Of a stretch of 64,000 bases of DNA, positions 9,625-17,198 are shown piece after piece; position 1 is the first letter of the stretch; every line of letters begins with the position of its first letter. The notes under the pieces were generated by a model. It was given only the letters and a program-made list of their open reading frames with translations, was not told where the DNA came from and did not search any database. Source of the DNA: Alphaproteobacteria bacterium. Its GTDB lineage: Bacteria > Pseudomonadota > Alphaproteobacteria > Bin95. The stretch lies in assembly GCA_964291285.2 (NCBI GenBank), contig OZ219787.1, positions 480,001-544,000 of the forward strand, written 5' to 3'. The translations under genes were made by a program, and so were the position numbers.

Positions 9625-10422
9625 ATGGACTCCATTTCCGTCCCGCCCGCCATCGACCATGTGGATGTCAATGGCGCCCCCTGCCGTGTCTGGCGCAAGG
9701 GGTCCGGCCGGCCGCTCGCCTTCCTGGCCGGCCATGGCGGCCTGCCGAAATGGCCGGCCTTCCTCGACCGGCTGGCGGAGACGCATGAGGTCGTCGTGCC
9801 CTCGATCCCCGGCTATCCGGGAGGCCTCGGGCACACGAAGCTCGACAGCCAACTGGACTGGATACTGGCCGTTCGCGACCTGCTGAACGGCTGCGGGCTC
9901 GAAGCGGGCGACACCCTTCTTGCCGGCTCGGGCCCCGGCGCATCCTTTGCGCTGGAGGTCGCCGCGCTCTGGCCGCACAAGGTCGGCCGGCTTGCACTCA
10001 TCGCGCCATGGGGCCTGTTCGACGAAGCCGAGCCGATGACCGACCCCTGGGCCCAGCGACTGCCGGAACTGCCGGGCATGCTCTGCGCCGACCCGGAGAA
10101 CTGGAACACGCTCAAAGCGGCCCCGGAGGGCGCGAATTCCATCGAGTGGCCGATCGAGCAGACGCGCGCGCTGGAGGCATCCGCGCGGGCTTTCTGGCCG
10201 CTCGGCAACAGCGGGCTGGAGAGACGCCTCGGCCGGGTACGGGCGCCTGCCCTGCTGCTCTGGGGCGCGGAGGACCGTATCCTGCCGCGCTCATATGCAG
10301 AGCGGATGGCGGCAGGGCTCGGCGGCCCGGCGCAGCTGGAAGTCATCGAGGGCGCCGGCCACCTCGCCGAGCTCGACAAACCGGCGGCAGTGGCGCGAAG
10401 CATCGAAGCATTCTTCGCCTGA
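9625..10422 (+). CDS. Alpha/beta-fold hydrolase (nucleophile elbow atypical)
   Basis: PALLLWGAEDRIL and AGHLAELDKP; elbow reads GSGPG. Confidence 0.85.
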   Translation: MDSISVPPAIDHVDVNGAPCRVWRKGSGRPLAFLAGHGGLPKWPAFLDRLAETHEVVVPSIPGYPGGLGHTKLDSQLDWILAVRDLLNGCGLEAGDTLLAGSGPGASFALEVAALWPHKVGRLALIAPWGLFDEAEPMTDPWAQRLPELPGMLCADPENWNTLKAAPEGANSIEWPIEQTRALEASARAFWPLGNSGLERRLGRVRAPALLLWGAEDRILPRSYAERMAAGLGGPAQLEVIEGAGHLAELDKPAAVARSIEAFFA

Positions 10423-10455
10423 ATTGCGGCATCCGGCGACAGGGAGGGCGCCCGG

Positions 10456-11049
10456 TTGGTCTTCCCCGAACTCCCGAAGCGGGTCTTCGAGATCGTCTAT
10501 GCCGATCCGCCCTGGGACTATAAGGGCCAGTTGCAGCATGCCGGGGCCGGGTCCGGCGATTCCGGCGGCGCGGTCCGGCACTATCCGACCGTCACGCTGG
10601 AGGACCTGAAGACCTTGCCGGTCGCACGCATTGCGGCGCAGGATTCGCTGCTGTTCCTCTGGGCTACCAATCCGCATCTGGACCAGGCCATCGAACTCGG
10701 GAAGGCTTGGGGCTTCAGCTGGGCGACGGTCGCCTTCGTATGGGACAAACGAAAGACCAATCCAGGCTTCTACACGCTCAGCCAGTGCGAACTCTGCCTC
10801 GTCTTCAAGCGGGGCAGGATTCCGCAGCCCAGGGGTGCGAGGAACATCCGCCAGCTTGTGAGCGCCGAGCGCGGTCCGCACTCCGAGAAGCCGACGGAAG
10901 TCCGGCAGCGCATCGAGGCGATGTTCCCCGGCCAGTCGAAAATCGAGCTGTTCTCCCGCGACCGGGCTCCGGGCTGGACGGCCTGGGGGCTGGAGACCGA
11001 GGACGCCGGACCGGACGGCGTGGGCCTGGGAAGAGCGGGCGATGAGTAA
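10456..11049 (+). CDS. MT-A70 family SAM-dependent N6-adenine methyltransferase
   Basis: IVYADPPW catalytic motif, LFLWAT, FVWDK, ELCLVFKRG, HSEKP and KIELFSR...GWTAWG. Confidence 0.9.
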   Translation: MVFPELPKRVFEIVYADPPWDYKGQLQHAGAGSGDSGGAVRHYPTVTLEDLKTLPVARIAAQDSLLFLWATNPHLDQAIELGKAWGFSWATVAFVWDKRKTNPGFYTLSQCELCLVFKRGRIPQPRGARNIRQLVSAERGPHSEKPTEVRQRIEAMFPGQSKIELFSRDRAPGWTAWGLETEDAGPDGVGLGRAGDE

Positions 11050-11461
11050 CATGAGCATCCCGGTTCGCGCGCTCGGCGAGGTCGTGCTGCGGACGAGCCG
11101 GCTGGACGAGATGCGGGCCTTCTACCGGGACATCATCGGACTTGAGGTCATGCGGGTCTTCGAGGACGGCATGACCTTCTTCCGCCTGGCGCCCGGCTTC
11201 GAGGGCCACACGGCCGTGCTCGCCCTCTTCCCTGCCGACCGCGGCGAGGGCTGGCAGGGGCATGACCAGCCGCGTTCCACGCTCCACCATTTCGCGCTCA
11301 GCATTCCCCATGCCGAACGCCCCGCCGTGCTGGCCGCGCTCACCGCACGGGGCCTCGAACCCTGGACTGCCTTTCACGAGTGGGTCGGCTGGCACTCCAT
11401 CTATATCCATGACCCCGACGGCAACACGGTCGAACTCGTCAGCGCCCCGGACCCGGCATGA
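11042..11461 (+). CDS. VOC/glyoxalase family protein
   Basis: FYRDIIGLEV, LHHFAL and IYIHDPDGNTVEL. Confidence 0.85.
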   Translation: MSNMSIPVRALGEVVLRTSRLDEMRAFYRDIIGLEVMRVFEDGMTFFRLAPGFEGHTAVLALFPADRGEGWQGHDQPRSTLHHFALSIPHAERPAVLAALTARGLEPWTAFHEWVGWHSIYIHDPDGNTVELVSAPDPA

Positions 11462-11874
11462 CGGACCGCACCCCCGCCGCTCATCTCCATCATGTGCATC
11501 TCTTTGCGGCCGATATCGATGCAACCGTGGCGTGGTGGCGGGAGAAGCTTGGGGGCGTTGTCGCGTTTGACGGCGAGTTCGGCGGGGCGCGCAATGTGTT
11601 CATGGAGGTCGGGCGCGGCCGCCTCCACCTTTACGACCAGCCGCCGCGCGGGGTGCCCGGCGGTTCTGTGCATCATGTCGGCATCCAGACCGACGACCTT
11701 CCCGCGCTTCACCGCCGGCTGACCGCGCTCGGCGTGCCGTTCCGCTCCGGCATCCGCGAGTTCGGGTCGTGGCGCTACATCATGTGCGAGGCGCCCGACG
11801 GCGTGCTGCTGGAGTTGTTTCAGATCGATACGGAGGACATGCCCCCTGCCCTCGCCCGCTATTTCTCCCTTTAG
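11458..11874 (+). CDS. VOC/glyoxalase family protein
   Basis: LHHVHL, VHHVGIQTDDL and APDGVLLELF. Confidence 0.85.
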   Translation: MTDRTPAAHLHHVHLFAADIDATVAWWREKLGGVVAFDGEFGGARNVFMEVGRGRLHLYDQPPRGVPGGSVHHVGIQTDDLPALHRRLTALGVPFRSGIREFGSWRYIMCEAPDGVLLELFQIDTEDMPPALARYFSL

Positions 11875-11917
11875 GTCAGCCTCCGTCGCGGACGGCGATA
11901 TCAGGCCCAGGAGCACC

Positions 11918-12796
11918 TTACTCGAAGGCCTGGTCCCAGCTCTCCGGCAGCAGCCGGTAGCCGCCATTGTCGCGGACCAGATGCGAGAAGCCGGGAAAGT
12001 GCAGATGCATCCCGGCGATCAGCAGCCGGTCGCTGGCGGCCATGTCGAAAAGCCGCAGGCGCGAGGCGGCGGCGCGCTCGGGATCGGTATCGAAGGCGAT
12101 GGTCACTTCGGGATGCGCCACCTGGATATCGGGCACATGCACCGTGTCGCCCCAGATCAGCAGGCTACGGTCTCCGGACGCGACCAGATAGGCCGTGTGG
12201 CCGGGCGTGTGCCCGTGGGCGGGCAGCGCGGTCACGCCGGGGAACACCTCTCCGGACCCGAAGAGCCGCATGGCGCTCTTGTAAGGCGCGATCTGATCCC
12301 GGCCGGCCTGGAAGTAGAGCAGCTGCTCGCGTTCGGTCGCCCGGCTCATGGCGGCATCGTCCGCCCAGTGCACCGGCTCGTTCTCGTGCATGACGAGTTC
12401 GGCATCGGGGAAGAGGCGCGCGCCCGTCTCGCGGTCCGAGAGGCCGGCGGAATGGTCGGGATGCATATGCGTGAGCAGGATCGTGTCGATGTCGGAGGGG
12501 TCGATTCCCGCCGCCTTCAGGTTGCTGCCGAGCCATCCCGCGGTCGGGCCGAGATAGGTGCCGGAGCCGGTGTCTATCAGCGCGATGCGGCCGGCCGAAT
12601 GGACGATGAAGGTGTTGACCGCAGTGCGCCGCGCCGGCTGGAACACGGCGGCCATCTCGGCCTCGCCGACGGCGGGGTCGATGCCCTGAAGGACGGTAAG
12701 GTCGCCGTCCAGATAGCCGTCGCTGAGGGCGGTGACGGTGATGTCGCCGATGCGTCGGTGGTAAACGCCGGGAATCTGGCTGGTCGGTACGGGCAT
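11918..12796 (-). CDS. MBL-fold metallo-hydrolase (methyl-parathion hydrolase/AHL-lactonase-like)
   Basis: THMHPDHSAG (HxHxDH), GHTPGH, GDTVH and GMHLHFPG. Start at MPVPTSQIPG. Confidence 0.88.
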   Translation of the reverse strand: MPVPTSQIPGVYHRRIGDITVTALSDGYLDGDLTVLQGIDPAVGEAEMAAVFQPARRTAVNTFIVHSAGRIALIDTGSGTYLGPTAGWLGSNLKAAGIDPSDIDTILLTHMHPDHSAGLSDRETGARLFPDAELVMHENEPVHWADDAAMSRATEREQLLYFQAGRDQIAPYKSAMRLFGSGEVFPGVTALPAHGHTPGHTAYLVASGDRSLLIWGDTVHVPDIQVAHPEVTIAFDTDPERAAASRLRLFDMAASDRLLIAGMHLHFPGFSHLVRDNGGYRLLPESWDQAFE

Positions 12797-12871
12797 GGGA
12801 TGGCGGCTCTTTCTCGCTGCGGGCGCTCGGATACAATCATACCGGATGTGCGCATGAAGAGGGGATGCCCG

Positions 12872-13201
12872 ATGGCCACGCAGACACCGCCCGACCGGGA
12901 CGCGGTCCGCAGTTTCGTTCCGAAGATGATCGAGATGACCGAGAAGGTCGTCTACGGCGACGTCTGGGAGCGCGAAGAACTGTCGAAGCGCGACCGCAGC
13001 CTGATTACCGTGGCGACGCTGGTGGCGCTCGGCCGCGAGCGGCAGTTGAAGGGCCATGTCGGCCGCGCGCTCGACAATGGCGTGACGCCGGAGGAACTCT
13101 CCGAGCTCATCACCCATCTGGCGCTCTATGCCGGCTGGCCGGCGGCGATGACGGCGGCGCTGGTCGCCAAAGACGTGGTCGCCGAGCGCGGGGCCGAATG
13201 A
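12872..13201 (+). CDS. Carboxymuconolactone decarboxylase family protein
   Basis: VYGDVWEREELSKRDRSLITVA and ELITHLALYAGWP. Confidence 0.9.
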   Translation: MATQTPPDRDAVRSFVPKMIEMTEKVVYGDVWEREELSKRDRSLITVATLVALGRERQLKGHVGRALDNGVTPEELSELITHLALYAGWPAAMTAALVAKDVVAERGAE

Positions 13202-14148
13202 AGCCGGCAGAAGGCCCGCATGTCTGGCGGGCCGCAGACCTCGCCGCCGACCGGTCCTGGGCCTTCGATCTTGAGCCGGCGGATATAGCGTCGCTGGAGG
13301 CAGGCCGCTTCGACCTGCCGCGCCTCGACGGGGTGCGCGCCGGGCTGGATCGCGGCCGCGGCCTCGCCCTGGTCCGGGGCCTGCCGGTCGCGCGCTACGG
13401 CGAGGAGACGGCGGCGGCGATCTTCACCGGCATCGGCGATGCGCTCGGGATCGCCGTATCGCAGAGCTACAGGGGCGACCGGATCGGCCATGTCCGCGAT
13501 ATCGGGGAAGCCGGGCGCTACTACACGGTCGGCGGCGCGCTCGAAATGCACATGGACCCGGTCGATGTCGTCGGGCTGCTCTGCCTGAAGAAGGCCGTCC
13601 GCGGCGGGGAAAGCCGTGTCGCCAGTTCGGCGGCGATCCACAACGCCGTGCTGGCGGAACGGCCCGACCTCGTTCCGGTGCTGCGCAGAGGCTTCCGTTA
13701 CACCAGCCGGCAGGAGGACAAGGCTGCCGGCGCGCCCCCGGTCACCCCGCACCGGGTGCCGGTGTTCGGCGAAATCGACGGCCGGTTCGCGGCCTTCCTG
13801 CTGCCGATCGCCATCCGCAATGCCGAGAAGGCGGGGGCGCCGCTCTCGCCGCTGGAGCGCGAGGCGCTGGACGCGGTCACCGGGACAGCCGCGCGGCCCG
13901 ACCTCGCCTATGAGATGGACCTTGAACCGGGCGACATGCAGTTCCTCAACAACCGGCTCATTCTTCACGGCCGCACCGATTACCGCGATGCGCCGGAGCC
14001 GGAGCGCAAGCGCCACATGCTGCGCCTCTGGCTGATGATGCCGGACTGGCCGCCGCGCCCGGAAACCATGACCATGCACGCGAGGCATGACCGCGCCGGC
14101 GGCGGCATCGCGCCGAAGACATCCGTTGCCACCGGGGGCCGTCCATGA
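13198..14148 (+). CDS. TauD/TfdA family Fe(II)/2-oxoglutarate dioxygenase
   Basis: HxD (HMD), VVGLLCL, GGES, FLNNRLILHGRT and RHMLRLWL. Confidence 0.88.
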   Translation: MKPAEGPHVWRAADLAADRSWAFDLEPADIASLEAGRFDLPRLDGVRAGLDRGRGLALVRGLPVARYGEETAAAIFTGIGDALGIAVSQSYRGDRIGHVRDIGEAGRYYTVGGALEMHMDPVDVVGLLCLKKAVRGGESRVASSAAIHNAVLAERPDLVPVLRRGFRYTSRQEDKAAGAPPVTPHRVPVFGEIDGRFAAFLLPIAIRNAEKAGAPLSPLEREALDAVTGTAARPDLAYEMDLEPGDMQFLNNRLILHGRTDYRDAPEPERKRHMLRLWLMMPDWPPRPETMTMHARHDRAGGGIAPKTSVATGGRP

Positions 14149-15323
14149 CCGGACACCGAATTGCGCCGCTTTCCGTCGAGGAGGCCGTCGCGCGCGGCGG
14201 CGAGGTGCGCATCCATCCCGACCTTGCGCGTCTCGAAGTCATGCGGGCGCTGCTGCACCATCCGCCGCTCGCCAAGGCCATCCAGACCTTGCTCATCATG
14301 CTGCTCTACAAGGGCCGGATACTGGACGAGCGGCTGCGCGAACTCCTCATCATGCGCATCGCCTGGCGGACGGCGTCCCTCTACGAGTGGACGCAGCACT
14401 GGCGCGTCGCCCGCGACCTCGGCATGGAGGAAGCCGACATTCTGGGCGTGCGCGACTGGCGCCGTTTCGCCGGCTACGGCCGGCCGGAGCACGCCGTGCT
14501 CGCCGCCGTCGACGAGACGCTCGACACCGGCGCCGTATCGCCCGCAACGATGGCGGAATGCCTCGAGGTCCTCGGCGGCCCCGCGCAGGGGATCGAGCTT
14601 CTGGCGGCAATCGGCAATTGGCGCATGTTCTCGCAATTGCTCCGGACCCTGCGCATCCCGCTGGAGGAAGGCGTGGTGCCCTGGCCGCCCGACGGCGGGA
14701 CGCCGCCCGAGCCCGCGATCGGCGTCTCGGGCGGCCTGGCGGGACGGGAAGGGGTGGACGGCGGCCCCGTTCTGCCGCTGCTCCCGCCCGACGAATCCGC
14801 AGCCCGAGGGAGGGAACTCGGCCTCGACGACGGACAGGCGCGGCGCGCGCCCTACCGGCTGCTGCTGCAGCATCCGCCGCTTGCAAGGGCGTTGAACGGC
14901 CTGCTCTCGCGCCTTCTCTATAACGGCGTGCTGGATGCCCGCGTGCGCGAGCTGGTCATCATGCGGACCGCCTGGCGCACCGGTTCGGCGGTCGAATGGG
15001 CGCGCCATGTGCCGTTCTGCCGGCGGATCGGCGTCAGCGACGCGGACCTGCTCGCGGTCAGGGGGCCTCTGGAGGACGCGGATTTCACCGCAGCCGAGCG
15101 CGCTGCGCTCATGGCGACCGACGACACGCTGGAGACCGGCGCTGTCGGGGACCAGGCCTGGGCGGCCTGCGAGGCGGCGTTCGAGACCGTGCCCGAACTG
15201 CTGGAACTGGTGGCGGCGATTTCCCACTGGCGCATGTACTCGCAAATCCTGCGCAGCAGCGGCGCGCCGCATGAGGAAGGCGACACGGTCTGGGCGCCGG
15301 ACGGCCGGTTCCCGGCAGGCTGA
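14145..15323 (+). CDS. Tandem-duplicated CMD/AhpD-like protein
   Basis: Two similar halves, each with HPPLA...LD.R.REL.IMR.AWRT.S..EW..H and WRM.SQ.LR...WxPDG. Confidence 0.85.
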   Translation: MTGHRIAPLSVEEAVARGGEVRIHPDLARLEVMRALLHHPPLAKAIQTLLIMLLYKGRILDERLRELLIMRIAWRTASLYEWTQHWRVARDLGMEEADILGVRDWRRFAGYGRPEHAVLAAVDETLDTGAVSPATMAECLEVLGGPAQGIELLAAIGNWRMFSQLLRTLRIPLEEGVVPWPPDGGTPPEPAIGVSGGLAGREGVDGGPVLPLLPPDESAARGRELGLDDGQARRAPYRLLLQHPPLARALNGLLSRLLYNGVLDARVRELVIMRTAWRTGSAVEWARHVPFCRRIGVSDADLLAVRGPLEDADFTAAERAALMATDDTLETGAVGDQAWAACEAAFETVPELLELVAAISHWRMYSQILRSSGAPHEEGDTVWAPDGRFPAG

Positions 15324-15339
15324 GGCGGAAGGCAGGCGC

Positions 15340-15978
15340 ATGCACCCGTCGCCGCTGTTCCGGCAGGCTTCCCGGGAGGCCAACCTGGCCTTTGCGGGAG
15401 AGCGCGGCTTCGGCGTTCTCGCCGTCGGCGCGGGCGATACCGGCGGGCCCCTGCTCAGCCACATCCCGTTCCTGCTGGCGGAGGACGGCAGCGCGGTCCA
15501 CGCCCATCTCGCCCGGCCCAACCCGATCCTGCGGTGCCTGGAGGACGGGGAGCGGCCGGCCGTGCTGGCGGTCGGCGGCCCGGACGGCTACATCTCGCCG
15601 GACTGGTACGAGGCCGGCCCCGGGCTGGTGCCGACATGGAACTATGTGGCGGTGCATCTGCGCGGCGTGCTGAGGCTCCGACCGGAAGAAACCCTGCGCT
15701 CCCATCTGGATGAACTGGCGGCGCAATTCGAGGGCCGGCTGCATCCCAAGCCGCCCTGGCGGACTTCCAAAGTGCCGGAGCGTCAACTGGAGGCGCTGAT
15801 GCGGACGATCCTGCCGGTCGAGCTTGTCGTGGAAAGCGTGGACGGCACTTGGAAGCTCAACCAGAACCGGCCCGATGCGGCGCGGCTGACCGCCGCCGGC
15901 CATGTCGAGGCAGCGGGCTTCGGGATGGAGACTGCGCTGCTTGCGGGCCTGATGCGCAACCCGCCGGAGACGGACTGA
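15340..15978 (+). CDS. paiB: PaiB family FMN/heme-binding split-barrel protein
   Basis: SHIPFLL, HLARPNP, GPDGYISPDWY, VPTWNYVAVH and KLNQNR. Confidence 0.88.
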   Translation: MHPSPLFRQASREANLAFAGERGFGVLAVGAGDTGGPLLSHIPFLLAEDGSAVHAHLARPNPILRCLEDGERPAVLAVGGPDGYISPDWYEAGPGLVPTWNYVAVHLRGVLRLRPEETLRSHLDELAAQFEGRLHPKPPWRTSKVPERQLEALMRTILPVELVVESVDGTWKLNQNRPDAARLTAAGHVEAAGFGMETALLAGLMRNPPETD

Positions 15979-15981
15979 CCC

Positions 15982-16704
15982 ATGCTGCGATTCGACGGCT
16001 ACAGGATATTGGTGACCGGCGGGTCGAGCGGCATAGGCAACGCCATGGCGACGGCATTCCGCGACGCTGGTGCGGAAGTGGCGGCGACGGGGACGAGGCC
16101 GCGCGACGCCTACGAAACCGACCTCGACGGGATCGAGTTCTACACCGTCGACGTCGGCGGCGAGGAACAGCGGCGCGCGCTGGCGGCGCGGTTCGACCGG
16201 CTGGACGTGCTGGTCAACAATGCCGGCATGGTCGCCTACCGGCGGGCGGAATACGAGCCGGAGACCTTCCGCCGGGTGCTGGAGGTCAATCTCGGCGCCG
16301 GCCTGCATCTGGCGACCCTGCTGCATGACCGGCTCGCGGCGCGCCCCGGTTCGGTCATCAACCTCTCCTCGATGACGGCCTTTTTCGGCAGCCAGGGCAA
16401 TCCGGGCTACGGGGCGAGCAAGGCCGGCATCGTGCAGATGACGAAGACGCTGGCCGTGGCCTGGGGCGGCGACGGCATTCGCGTCAACGCCGTCGCGCCG
16501 GGCTATGTCCACACGCAGATGACCGACCGCTTCAAGCAGAACGAAGAGGCGGACCGCGGGATCGTCGCGCGCACGCCGCTCGGCCGCTGGGGCCTGCCGG
16601 ACGACATGGCGAAGGTCGCGCTCTTCCTCGCCTCCGACCTCGCCGGCTTCGTCACCGGCCAGACGATCTCCGTGGACGGAGGCTTCGGCTGCGCCATCGG
16701 GTGA
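15982..16704 (+). CDS. SDR family oxidoreductase
   Basis: TGGSSGIG, NNAG, YGASK and IRVNAVAPG. Confidence 0.92.
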   Translation: MLRFDGYRILVTGGSSGIGNAMATAFRDAGAEVAATGTRPRDAYETDLDGIEFYTVDVGGEEQRRALAARFDRLDVLVNNAGMVAYRRAEYEPETFRRVLEVNLGAGLHLATLLHDRLAARPGSVINLSSMTAFFGSQGNPGYGASKAGIVQMTKTLAVAWGGDGIRVNAVAPGYVHTQMTDRFKQNEEADRGIVARTPLGRWGLPDDMAKVALFLASDLAGFVTGQTISVDGGFGCAIG

Positions 16705-16710
16705 AATGAG

Positions 16711-17100
16711 CCGGAGCAGCATTTTGTTCCTAATTAGAGAAATATTTCGTGATTTGATATTGATTTTCTGAAAATCAGTCGCCAGATTAGGGCGGAGGAA
16801 TGAAGCGCCATCCGCGCGGGGCCCTTGCATTTCCCGTGTCGCGCCGGCGCGAAAAGGCCCCCGAGAAACGGACGGGAGGCGTGCGTCCTGCGCGCGCGGA
16901 CGCCCGCAGGCGCAATCAGGCGCGCGAACCGCGCCGGCGCAAACACGCGCCCGCGCCCGCACGCAGGCGCGCATTACACGCGAAACAGTGTCCCGCTGCC
17001 GGGAGGCGGGGAACGGAAAGGAGGAATGATGCAGGAGAGACCGGGCATGGAAAGGCAGGCGGGCCCCGGAACATGACAAAACATGACACTCCACATGACA
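16711..17100 (+). repeat. Dispersed intergenic element, copy 1 (candidate structured ncRNA or non-autonomous element)
   Basis: Collinear with 43503-44001: CCGGAGCA start, AT-rich promoter-like head, identical 33-bp core at 16910-16942, CATGACA x3 at the end. Confidence 0.75.
16760..16788 (+). promoter_or_regulatory. Sigma70-like promoter overlapped by a palindromic operator-like site
   Basis: TTGATT-N17-CAGATT; perfect inverted repeat TGATTTTC-T-GAAAATCA at 16761-16777. Confidence 0.4.
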
Positions 17101-17198
17101 CCCTGCGGGAGGCCCGGCAGCCCTGCCGCATTGCCTCCGCTGAAGTCCGGCGACAGGCAACCCTGCCCCGGATCCGGAAGACCGTCGATTCATCCGGA

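Noticed and set aside
16734-16946. Small proteins sharing APARFARLIA (16734-16946 and within 43452-43934)
   Set aside because: The peptide identity just reflects the invariant 33-bp DNA core; surrounding frames are not conserved, so a non-coding constraint is more likely.
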